A stretch of DNA of 64,000 bases, taken from contig OW569393.1 of the NCBI GenBank assembly GCA_937625935.1, positions 248,001-312,000 of the forward strand, in the 5' to 3' direction. Shown in pieces: positions 32,930-43,260 of the stretch. How positions within the stretch are numbered: position 1 is the first letter of the stretch; every line of letters begins with the position of its first letter. This DNA is from Tetramitus jugosus (taxonomy: Eukaryota; Protista; Heterolobosea). Both the position numbers and the translations under genes were made by a program. The notes beneath the pieces are model-generated. The model saw only the letters and a list, made by a program, of their open reading frames with translations, made no database searches and was not told the DNA's origin.

Positions 32930-34618
32930 ATGACAGAAAAGATTTCACTGGAAGAGGAACTATCTGAATATAATATCCCTCTCAGTCCAAAGTCGATTGG
33001 ATTGGAAGAAAAGGAGTTTTTCATCAAGAAAGGCTCAGAATCCACGAATGAACCAGAGAATGTTCCACCTATACCTTGGAAACCACTTTCTCTTGTTTTC
33101 TTCATGTTTGTCGTCGATGTTCTCTCCTTTTCTTCTCTGATGCCTTACATTGCTGCTCTCGTAAAAGACTTGAACCTCGTGTCACCTGGCGACACCAAGA
33201 GTGTGGGATACTATGCAAGCGTCATTGGTTCCTCATACTACATTGCTCAATTCTCTAGTGCGTTCTTCTGGGGTTACGTAAGTGATACACACGGTCGGAG
33301 AATAGTTTTGCTGACGGGAATTTTTGGAGGATTTGTAAGCTCATTGTTGTTTGGTTTTTCAAAGTCGTTGTGGTGGGCCATGACTACGAGATTGTTCTTC
33401 GGATTGGTGAATGGCAATTTGGGTGCTTACAAAGTGTACATATCGGAGATTACTCACAAGAAACATCACCCTCAAGTGTTCAGTTACATTAGTCTCTCGG
33501 TCTCTCTGGGAACAGTGTTTGGTCCTGCGATTGGAGGTTTTCTCTCGAATCCCATCGACCTGTATCCAACTCTGTTTTCTCATTCACCCCAACAAGTTGT
33601 TCAACTGCTCAAGTATTTTCCATTCTTGTTGCCCAACCTTGTGATTTCAGGCATTCAACTTTGTTCATTTGTGTTGGCTTACTTTTACTTGGAAGAGTCA
33701 AACCAAAGTGTGTTGAAGACCAAATCTGACGGCTATATTCCATTGTCTACCTCTGAAGCTGCTTCTACAAATGACACTCCTTCGTCCAACAAAGTGAGTA
33801 AGAGAATTGTGTTGATAGAAGATGAGGAACACGAGAATCGAGTAGACTCTGGTGATGGTTCCTCTACTATGTTGAAAGAAAGTCAACCAATCAAGCAATT
33901 GATCACTCCTGCCAAAACAACTCCTGCAAGTAAGACACAAAGCAAAGAATCATTTATTCTCTCGCTAAAGGATAATCCTCTGGTAGCTTGTTTACTGTAT
34001 GCGATCATTGGCTTCACAAACATTGCCTTCGCAGAGTGCATGCCCCTGTTAATGGTTTTGAACTCTAGTTCAGGAGGATTGGATTTCAATCAGAAGCAAA
34101 TTGGTATTCTGAGTTCGATTACTGGATTTATGATGATCCTATTTCAGTTGTTCTTCTGTGCTCGTATCATGAGATACTACGGACTACGAAACACGATGAA
34201 GTATTGCTCAATCATCTTGACGTTCATTGTTCAGTTGTATCCATTTGTTAATCGATTGATATCTCATCCCATGATACTCTGGAGTGCATTGATCGTATTG
34301 AACGTGGTGAGGTTTGCAGCCATTCAAACTAGTTTTTCAACATCGAATGTCATGCTAAACAACTCGGTTCTACCTCAAAACCGAGGAAAGTTGAATGGAG
34401 CTGCACAGAGTATGGTTGCTCTTGCAAGGTCCATCGCTCCACTCTTAGGAATTGTGTTTGCTCTGACTGCAACCATCAATTCCTTTCCTTTCAACATTCA
34501 TTTCATCTTCTTTGTACTCACAGGTACTCATTTGTTTTGCTATTTGTTAGCAAGATCTCTGACCAAGGAGATTAATGAACCAAGGGTGATAGGAGCAAAA
34601 CAATCAACCCATGTGTAA
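32930..34618 (+). CDS. MFS transporter, ZIFL/tetracycline-efflux-like
   Basis: About 12 TM segments, WGYVSDTHGRR motif A, GPAIGGFL, RGKLNG. Confidence 0.9.
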   Translation: MTEKISLEEELSEYNIPLSPKSIGLEEKEFFIKKGSESTNEPENVPPIPWKPLSLVFFMFVVDVLSFSSLMPYIAALVKDLNLVSPGDTKSVGYYASVIGSSYYIAQFSSAFFWGYVSDTHGRRIVLLTGIFGGFVSSLLFGFSKSLWWAMTTRLFFGLVNGNLGAYKVYISEITHKKHHPQVFSYISLSVSLGTVFGPAIGGFLSNPIDLYPTLFSHSPQQVVQLLKYFPFLLPNLVISGIQLCSFVLAYFYLEESNQSVLKTKSDGYIPLSTSEAASTNDTPSSNKVSKRIVLIEDEEHENRVDSGDGSSTMLKESQPIKQLITPAKTTPASKTQSKESFILSLKDNPLVACLLYAIIGFTNIAFAECMPLLMVLNSSSGGLDFNQKQIGILSSITGFMMILFQLFFCARIMRYYGLRNTMKYCSIILTFIVQLYPFVNRLISHPMILWSALIVLNVVRFAAIQTSFSTSNVMLNNSVLPQNRGKLNGAAQSMVALARSIAPLLGIVFALTATINSFPFNIHFIFFVLTGTHLFCYLLARSLTKEINEPRVIGAKQSTHV

Positions 34619-34699
34619 ATAAAATCTTTGGATTTGTAAAACGTTTTGGAACGATTTTAATACTAGTGATAAATAAATTTACATCTTGTTGGAATGGAT

Positions 34700-35563
34700 T
34701 CAAATAATTGACAACTCCTTGACGTTGTTGTAGAAGTCTGAAAGAGTGATCAATCTATCAGTGTACTTGAATGAAGGAATGGCTCTCTGCAGCTTGGTGT
34801 TGTCAAAATGGGCAATCTTCTGCCTTCCTTCTTCTTCATCACCATTCACCTTTACCTCTACTCCTTCAAAGTCTTGTGGGAAAATTTCGATCAACAGTTT
34901 TGCAAGGTCTGGTTGAGAAAGAGATGTCTCGGAGACAATGAAACGATGGTTGGAAACATCAACACTCTCTGATTCACCAACCAATAAGTGTGCTTTGGAA
35001 ACATCCCTAACATCAACTATGGCATATCCACTTGACTCAATAGCTTGACCATTTTTCAAAGCTTTGATCCAACTTGACATGATAAAGACGCTCCCATTCA
35101 GTGAATTCTTCTGAGATTCATCAATAAGAGGCCCGTAGTTCAGAGAAGGAGCAATAACAACAAGATCGAAACTGATCTTATCCTTGTTCTCTTCAACAAA
35201 ATTCCAAGCAGCCTTCTCAGCAGCTACTTTGCTGTAGGAGTATGAACCAAAATGTCCTTCAAGAGCAGTCGAGTTATTCCAGGAGTCTTCAGTGAATGGA
35301 TTTTCTCTACTCTCAGCAACTCTGAGGACATCAGAGATTGCTGTAACTGAAGAAGTGATGACCACTCTCTTCACACTTGAAACCTTGGCAGCGCTTTTCA
35401 ACACAGTCAATGTTCCTTGTAATGCTGGATCAATGATATCACGTTGAGGATCAGTGGAAGAGAACAAGTTCAAACCTGCTGGACTTGCAGTATGATACAC
35501 AATCGAGGTCCCTTCTACAGCCTTGTCAAAAGATCCATCCTTCATTAAATCAGCCTCAAATAG
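34700..35563 (-). pseudogene. NAD-dependent epimerase/dehydratase (DFR/CCR-like), lacking the N-terminal nucleotide-binding motif
   Basis: LFEADL, VYHTASP, VVITSS and YSYSK catalytic motifs are present. In-frame stop upstream, and no TGxxGxxG exon seen before 35808. Confidence 0.6.
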
Positions 35564-35807
35564 TATGTATTTGATATGTTACGACTCTTTTGTTGTTGGA
35601 GTATGAGATAATACTATCCTCCGACTTTTTAAAGCTGGGGTGCTGCGCATGAATTGCGCTCCTCTAGGGTATATAGGTAATTGCGTACAAATAATTGACC
35701 TGGCCAAAAAGGAATTCCTTTGCAAAGTCCAGATGTGAATTCACTGCTGTAATCTACAAATGTTTTGCACAAACCTAGAACTAGTTTTCAGAAACTTTCA
35801 AAATCAA

Positions 35808-38039
35808 TCAATAGTTTAAAATGACTTTTCCTTTGTGATCTTTGTAAAACTGACTCCGAAAGGAAAGACCTTGCTTATAATCCAAATCACTACTCCCTGA
35901 ACTGTGTTGGAGTGCATTTCGTATCTCTGGATCATTGAAGAGTTCAGGCTTATTTTGAAGAAACTTGACCACGAGTTGCTTTACATCTCCTTCTGTTTGA
36001 TGATCCTTGTTAAGAACTGTGCTTGCCATTTGTGTGATCAACTTTTTCAGTTGCTTCACTTCTTGTTCCGTAGACTTTAATTTAGCAGATGTAACAGATC
36101 TGTACGAATGATTCGACCTGTTTGAATGTCCAGACACTATCGATGAATTGTTGCTTCTCACAGAATTAGCAGAAGAGAGTTCTCTCAACAAATTCAATCT
36201 CCTGTCAGTCAGTCCTCGGTCCTTAATCGTTTCTTTATGGACTGGTGTCATCTCCCCTAGAAATTTCTCCCTCTCCGAAGGATCCAATCGTGCCATGAGT
36301 TCCTCCTGTCTTCTTCTAACGTCATTCAGAGCCTTTTGTACATCTCTAGTCGCCTCTTGCTCATTTCTCAAATTTTCCTCTAGTTGAACGATTCGGTCAC
36401 TATCTGCATCACTCCCTATTGAAAAATAAGAAGGAGCAGACGCTCGACTTTTCTGAGATCGAATTGACCTCGTCGAAACAACATCATGACTAGGTCTTGC
36501 ACTATCCATGTTCTCTCGTGGTCGGTTTGTATTGTTGGCTTTGCTCATTCTGCTTGTTGTTGAAGGTGGATTAGTCCTCGATGATGTTACCTGTTTCGAG
36601 GATACTTCTGATACTCTATTCGAAGCAACGCTCTTTGATGGAGATGTTGGCCTAGTGGAAGAACAACTGTCTTTCTGCCCTTCTTCTTGTACCCCCTTAC
36701 TGGCTATCGAACTGACAGATTGTGTTTCGCTCTTCGCAGCAATAGGAGGTAAACTCCGTGATGTGCTCTTGTTAGACACAGAAGAGTGTCTGGATGATCG
36801 ACTTGTGCTACTGTACACGCTAACAGAATCGTTTGACTCTTCGCTCTTCTCTGGTGCTGATTCCTTTGAGGCAACTACTGTAGCTGTTTCCTCCCTAAAG
36901 CCAGTAAATAATGCAGGATCAAAATTACTTGTATCCTTGAATAAATTAAGTGCAAGCTTATGTACATTGGGATTCAAATTTTGTCGTATCGGAAACCGTT
37001 GTTTGGATCTCATTTGTTGAGGTATCGTTACAACATTGTTTCTCATTTGACTACTGCTATAGTGATCATCTCTCGAGTGGTGATTGGCTACTTCAATACC
37101 ACCTCTTCTCAATTCATTCAACAGAGTTTTTGAAATGATTGGATTATGGTTCACTACACCATGGTTCATCGATTGTTGAGAAGCTACCAAATTCAAGCTC
37201 TGAACTGGAGGCAAATCCCGTTTGGAAACCTTGTGAAAAGTAGAACTTGCTCTCTTGGTAGTATTCATATACCTGGGTACACTGACATTTGGATCAGAGG
37301 AATGATCCAGCACCATGGATGACATATCCATTACCCTTACTGATGCACCATTATTGGCTTGATTATAAGCTTGAGCAAACTCTTGTTTAGCTTTCTCTGT
37401 GAGCGCTGCATTGGCTTGTAGCTGCTGCTGCTGCTCATGAATATTTACCTCTGTCAAGAAAAAATTTGCCGTAGACGCGCCAGTGACTGGTGTCGGAGTT
37501 GTGTTTGTCGCGATAGAAACCATGTGGGGACCACCACCTACAGCGCCATTTTGTGCGCTCATTATCGCCGCAGTAGAAGCATTAGAGCTGCTGCTGCTGC
37601 TGTTGCCATGATGTAGCTTTTGAGAGCTAACATTGACCTTGAGACCAGAAATCACCACTGGTGAAGAAGAATTCTGTTGAAAGGATGAATCATAGGAGCT
37701 TTGATTCTGCTGTTGCTGTTGTGTTTGTTGAGGTGGTGATTGAAAAAAAGAGTGATGATAGTGATGAGAGGGACTGTTGGGATTGGAAATGAATGAAAAG
37801 GATGAGGAGTGGTTGCTGAGAATGGCTGAAGAGGGACTTGCTTGTTGAAAAGAATGATTTTGTTGTTGTTGTTGTTGTTGAATCATCATGCTATTGTAGT
37901 TGCTATTGTTACTGCTTGGTCCTCCTTGTATGGCTAACATGCTTAATTGAGGCACATTGGATTTATGATGATGATGATGATGGTTGTTACTATTATTATT
38001 GTTATGGTTGTTGTTGCTGTGGGTTGTTCGAAGTGCCAT
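35808..38039 (-). CDS. 743-aa low-complexity (N/H/Q/S-rich) protein with C-terminal coiled coils, unknown function
   Basis: Long intact ORF with homopolymer runs. No recognised domain. Confidence 0.75.
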   Translation of the reverse strand: MALRTTHSNNNHNNNNSNNHHHHHHKSNVPQLSMLAIQGGPSSNNSNYNSMMIQQQQQQQNHSFQQASPSSAILSNHSSSFSFISNPNSPSHHYHHSFFQSPPQQTQQQQQNQSSYDSSFQQNSSSPVVISGLKVNVSSQKLHHGNSSSSSSNASTAAIMSAQNGAVGGGPHMVSIATNTTPTPVTGASTANFFLTEVNIHEQQQQLQANAALTEKAKQEFAQAYNQANNGASVRVMDMSSMVLDHSSDPNVSVPRYMNTTKRASSTFHKVSKRDLPPVQSLNLVASQQSMNHGVVNHNPIISKTLLNELRRGGIEVANHHSRDDHYSSSQMRNNVVTIPQQMRSKQRFPIRQNLNPNVHKLALNLFKDTSNFDPALFTGFREETATVVASKESAPEKSEESNDSVSVYSSTSRSSRHSSVSNKSTSRSLPPIAAKSETQSVSSIASKGVQEEGQKDSCSSTRPTSPSKSVASNRVSEVSSKQVTSSRTNPPSTTSRMSKANNTNRPRENMDSARPSHDVVSTRSIRSQKSRASAPSYFSIGSDADSDRIVQLEENLRNEQEATRDVQKALNDVRRRQEELMARLDPSEREKFLGEMTPVHKETIKDRGLTDRRLNLLRELSSANSVRSNNSSIVSGHSNRSNHSYRSVTSAKLKSTEQEVKQLKKLITQMASTVLNKDHQTEGDVKQLVVKFLQNKPELFNDPEIRNALQHSSGSSDLDYKQGLSFRSQFYKDHKGKVILNY

Positions 38040-38323
38040 TGTATTTGTACAGTGTTACATGAAAGAATAGTACAATGAATGATAAATTAAGGAATGGTGA
38101 ATGGTTGTTGTTACTCGGTGTTCGTTCTCTCGTTTTTTTTAAATTTGTTAGCATCGAAACAACGATTTTCTGTAATCAGCAGTTACACACATGATCAACG
38201 CTCAGCGGAACCACAATGATTTACACCGCCCAAGAAGAAAACAGTACCTGCATCCAGAGCAAGCTCCATCATCGAAAAGAACAAGAACCACCAAATCATA
38301 GTGTAATTCAAAAGATGATTTAT

Positions 38324-39072
38324 TTAGTTGGCCTTTGCAGCTTGACGAGCTTGGAAAGCCTTGGTTGCCTTTGCCTTCTTTGCAATCTTCTTACCCAAAA
38401 GCTTGAAGCTAGCCTTGGTAGCCATCTTCTTAGCGAAAGCCTTCTTGTGCAATTCAAGAGCAGCCTTCTTGTCAGCTTCAGCCTTAACATTGTCGGAAGC
38501 AGCCTTGATTGGTGCGTATTCCTTCAAGATCAATTGCTTCTTTTGCTTCTTCAAAGACTTGACGACAAATCTTTCAAAGTCAGTCAAGTTTTGTCTCTTT
38601 TGGCTTCTGTTGTCTCTCTTGAACAAACCAGTTTGTTCGTATTGTTCAACCAACTTTTGTTCAGCGATAGCCTTTTGGACATCAGCAGAAGCAGCACCAC
38701 GGGCAACGTTGACAACAATGTTGACGAGTTCAATGTCTCTGGTTGTGATCAAAGTTCTTGGAACGTTTGGTCCTTCAACCATGTATCTGTGAGCATCAAG
38801 GATGTCGACAATGACGACGATTTCACCCTTGTGAACAGCGTTCTTGATTCTAGCAGCACGGCCGATTTGGACAAAGAGTTTGAACTAAAAGAATTGAAAC
38901 GAGCAAAAAAATAATTGGAATTAGTACATGTGTGTCATCACTTTGTCATCATGAATGGGAGAGAGCGAAATAAAGTAATTTTTGAGAAGTGTGAAGAAGA
39001 CTGGTGATATTGTGAATGCTCTCTCTCCAATTGGGTGATGAATATCATCTCATTACATACGTTTGAGACCAT
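38324..39072 (-). CDS. RPL14: 60S ribosomal protein eL14; exons 39072-39061 and 38884-38324
   Basis: Splicing the 176-nt GTATGT...TACTAAT...TAG intron gives MVSNFKLFVQIGR...VVIVDILD..RYMVEGP. LTDFERF motif and K/A-rich tail. Confidence 0.92.
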
Positions 39073-39369
39073 CTTTATATATATTCTTTTTTGGCTGGGT
39101 TATGTGGTAATGATGAGTGTGTGTTTTTTTGTTTTTTTCGAGTTTTTGCAATTTTGTTTGGTTGACTGGCGACTGGCACAACCCGTTCGTTGAACCTTCA
39201 ATAAAAATTTTCAGCACAACAAGAATGCACATGAATCACATGATGTGAAAATGCAGATAAACAATGATGACAGTCTTATTGCTTGTGCAAACACCACATA
39301 CGCTCTCGTATTGATTTTTCTTGTTTATTCATTCAAGAAACAACGTTGCAGTCATCGTTTTCTTTTCAT

Positions 39370-40867
39370 TCAGGCATACTTTGCCCTGACTTGCTTCAAT
39401 TCTCCTATTTTATCACTGGGCAGCTTTTGTTGCAACGAGTCAAACAAGCGTTCAATTCTTTGCTTTTCTTCATCGTTCAAAAACATGACCAACATGTCAA
39501 ATCGTCCCACTCTTGTCAAATTGGACATGACTTGCAGTGCTCTTTCTGCCAACTCTTCCGTCCTTGTAAACACACTCTCCAGTGCCTCCACAATCGAATT
39601 CAAAATCTTTTCAGTCAATGATTCCTTGAAAAGCTTTCCAAAGCTATTCGGTGGTATCATCTGCAAATCCAAAAAAAAACAATACATTAAAATCATCCAA
39701 ACACCAATCAATACACACTCAACCACTCAAAAATTACAAAAAAAAATTACAAAAAAAACACACCTTCAAATACTCGTAAAAATCTTCTCTGTCCAGTTCG
39801 TTAAACGCCTTTTCAAACTCGTATGAATTATTGGGTGCATGCGATGGTATTTTGACCTTGATTTTTGGAATCGCACTTGTCGTCATCGATTTCTGTTGCT
39901 CCACTTTTGTCATTGATGATGATGGAGACGAAATCCTTGTCTGTGTTGCACCACTGTCCCGTTCACTCTTTACACTACTCGGTTCAGTTTTTACCTCTTT
40001 TTCTTCTCGTAACTTTGATTTCGATGATTCCAGTTTTGAAGCAAACGGAGTCACCAATTCTTCAATTACTTGATTTTCATCATCATCATTTTCATCGACT
40101 TCTTCATCATCGACTTCTTCAATCATCATTCTTCGTTTTGGTAAATTTTCTCCTTGTTGTTCATTCCATCGTTTCTTCACGAGTGCCAATTCACGAACAG
40201 CTTCTTGATTTTTTGGATCGAGCTTGATTGCCATTTCAAAATCTTGAATCGATCCCTCCCAATTCTTCAATTCTTTTCGTGCAAATGCTCTTCTGGCATA
40301 CGCTTTTGCATAAGAGTGATCCAATGCAATGGCTTTGGAAGAATCAAGCTCAGAAGATGAAAATTGATCGAGTTGAAAATGAGCAGCAGAACGATTACAG
40401 TACACGATGGCATCTTGTTTGAATGAGAGACTTTTTGTATAGTATTCTAGTGCTTTTTCAAATTGTTTGTTTCGAAAAAAATGATTGCCTTGATTTTTGA
40501 GTGATAGTGCTTGGACTTCATTTGGTTCCTCCTCATTTTCTTTATTTTTGCTTGTTGTTGTTGTTGTTGTTGTTGTTGATGATGATTTATTGTTGTTGTT
40601 GTTGACTTGTTGTTCAATCAATGGTTTTTTAGTAAGAGTAGGTGATGAAGAAGTGGTGTTTCTAATGGGTGGAAGAGTACGATTACTAGTAGTAGTAGTT
40701 GTTGTTGATGATGATGATTGATCTTGTTGTTGTTGTGATGATGGTGGTGATGATTTTTGTTTGACCCAATTTTTGAGATCAGAAAGGTATTCGTTCATTT
40801 CTTCTGCATTTTGTTTGATTTGTTGTTGTATTTGGAATACATTGTTTTGTTGTTGTTGTTGGGACAT
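39370..40867 (-). CDS. RPAP3: RPAP3/Spag1-like R2TP co-chaperone; exons 40867-39764 and 39660-39370
   Basis: N-terminal QIKQNAEEM..YLSDLKNW, clamp TPR (KNQGN, YCNRSAA, KAYARR), RPAP3_C (P.NSYEFE, RFDMLVMFL). 103-nt GT-AG intron. Confidence 0.85.
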
Positions 40868-41192
40868 TTTTTGTTGTGTTGTGTGTTGATGTTCTTGTCC
40901 AAATTTTGTTGTTGGTTCTGGGCGTTCGCGCTAGAGTCGGAATTTCGAGAGATCTCTGTAAAGAAAAATTAGGCGCCAAAGACTTTTCATGTGACAGATG
41001 ACACTCCCGTTACTGGACAAAAGTGGATAGCTTTTCTTCCACCACCGGCTAAAAGCACTTTCGCCCATCCGAACAACAAACACAACACCGCACTGTTCAC
41101 AAAATATCCAACAATTACAACAATAACCACGCACTGGGTCGATATCCGCCTCCAAACAAAACAAACAACAAATTGCAGTTGCCTATACAACC

Positions 41193-42572
41193 ATGTCTAA
41201 CCCTACTAGTGACAAGAAATTGGCCAATGCGCCCACACAGGTCACAAAGGAACTCTTGGACGAAATGATCCTTTACAATTATGAAACATCGGAGAAAATA
41301 AGTGTCGGGCAATTGAGTCAACAACACAAAGTTCTATTGGTATTTTTGCGCCATTTCCAGTGCATCTACTGTCAAGCGACCATTTTGAAGATTGCGGCGC
41401 ATCACCAAGTGCTTTTACAGCTCAACACGATCCCTGTGCTCATTCACCAGGAGTCCAAGGAGAATGCGGAAAAGTTTTTTGAGACCCACAAGGGTTTTGC
41501 GACTCATCAACCCATTGTATCACAAATGCTTCGCGTTCAAGATCCCAAGGGCAATGAAACCTATGGAAAGTTTGACTTGGGTTTAGCTTCGTTTCGAACG
41601 GGAGAGCTACCTCTACCTACACTCATCACAAGAGCTAGCATGCTACAAAGAACTCCCTACGGCATCTCCAATCAAGTCAATCCAAAGGACAGAAGAGCTG
41701 ACAAGAATCAAATGCCTGGCTTGTTTCTCATTGAGAATGGACAAGTGAGCAACATGTACAAGTATAAGACGATAGCTGATAATCCACAGTTTCTCCAGTT
41801 GATTATCGATCCTGATGAAATTGGCTGCACCAATGACTCCTTCTGCGACATGTCCAGTCGCATCAACCGATTTGCTAGGCGAAGAGCTAAAGTAGAAGAT
41901 TCAACTTCATCTGAAACTACTGTAGCTTCGACGGCCGTTGAAAACGGAAAAGCTCAGACGACAACGTCGCAGGAAATTGAGTTGGACACGACTCAACAGA
42001 GCTCTGATGACAACCAACCAGTGATCAAAGAAAAGAAGATACTGGGTGATCCATGGAAGGGCATACCAGAAGGCAATGGATCCAACAACAACACAAACAA
42101 CCGTTCATTGTTTGGTTGTTTCTGTGGTGGTTCATCATCGTCAGCTGACAATGATTTTGTCATGACAGATGAATTACGTAAGCAGATTCAAATGCAAGAC
42201 GTGTTGAATCATTTGAAAGCTTACAAGTACTTTAAATTATATTGCGCTTCGGAGTTTTCAGTTGAAAATTTGTTGTTGCTTGAAGCGGTCAACCAATACA
42301 AGGCACAGTCAAATGAAGAACAACGAATGATACAATCGAAACAAATATTTGACACGTTTTTTACGAGTGGATGTCCAAATGAGATTAACACCACACGAAG
42401 GCTCATTAATGAAACTCTGGAGAAGCGCGACAAATCTGGTCCAGTGCTTGACTTGTTTGACAAGATTATGAGCACTGTGGAATCGGAACAAATGTCAGAC
42501 ACCTTTCTCAGGTTCAAGAAAACGAGCGACTTTGAATTGGCTGCCAAATCAATCATCAAGAATAAAAAATGA
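41193..42572 (+). CDS. Peroxiredoxin-like (AhpC/TSA-2) domain fused to RGS domain
   Basis: LVFLRHFQCIYC and QMPGLFLI; C-terminal FKLYCASEFSVENLLL...EIN...DTFLRFKKT. Confidence 0.85.
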   Translation: MSNPTSDKKLANAPTQVTKELLDEMILYNYETSEKISVGQLSQQHKVLLVFLRHFQCIYCQATILKIAAHHQVLLQLNTIPVLIHQESKENAEKFFETHKGFATHQPIVSQMLRVQDPKGNETYGKFDLGLASFRTGELPLPTLITRASMLQRTPYGISNQVNPKDRRADKNQMPGLFLIENGQVSNMYKYKTIADNPQFLQLIIDPDEIGCTNDSFCDMSSRINRFARRRAKVEDSTSSETTVASTAVENGKAQTTTSQEIELDTTQQSSDDNQPVIKEKKILGDPWKGIPEGNGSNNNTNNRSLFGCFCGGSSSSADNDFVMTDELRKQIQMQDVLNHLKAYKYFKLYCASEFSVENLLLLEAVNQYKAQSNEEQRMIQSKQIFDTFFTSGCPNEINTTRRLINETLEKRDKSGPVLDLFDKIMSTVESEQMSDTFLRFKKTSDFELAAKSIIKNKK

Positions 42573-43260
42573 ATGCGAGAGTGAGGCCTTTTTTGGAGAT
42601 TCTGTGTTCGCTTGAGGGTGAACAATCAGCTGTAAAGTGGAAACCGATTCGCACTTTGACTGAAGAATTTCTGGCCAACTGCTGTCATGAAGCTCCTATT
42701 GATGGTTAATGACTATCAGAACATCTGAAGTGGACTCTTTAGAGGTGTTAGAAGCGATGTCAACCCCTAGAAAGAAATTTTACGCCTGACTTATGTAGGC
42801 TCGCAAGCCGATCTCGTTCTTATTTGACCTATCCAAATTGGTACTAGAATACTATTTAAGAGAATTTTGCTTTTTTCAATATTGACGCAACTATTTCGGT
42901 TTATTTCACGTCAGCTCTCTTCTTCTCTTTAAGGTTTCGTTCTTCCGTTCTCTATATCTGAGCCTGGAATAGCGCGGAAAAAGTAACATTTGACGGGCGT
43001 CAAAAAAGCGCGGGTCTCCTCTTTCATTCTTTCAGCCCAAAACGAGTTCATTGGTCCTTTTTATGGAATAATCGATAGAGTCAATTGACAGCGACCTCTT
43101 GCAACGTTGCTTGATAAGCGAGACCTTAGGACCTAAGGTGAAGGTCACACCTCCTTTTTCTGTGAAATCACAACAATAACCAACAACAACAAAACAACAA
43201 CAAACAGAATAACAACAAAATCAAAAGCTTTCACTTTCACCTATAAAAAAAACTCTCAAG

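Noticed and set aside
38216-38914. 232-aa plus-strand ORF and other antisense ORFs
   Set aside because: They are shadows of real genes on the opposite strand (here RPL14) with no motifs of their own.
43122-43140. ACCTTAGG-A-CCTAAGGT near-palindrome upstream of the ankyrin cyclase
   Set aside because: A single short instance with no second copy to support a regulatory role.
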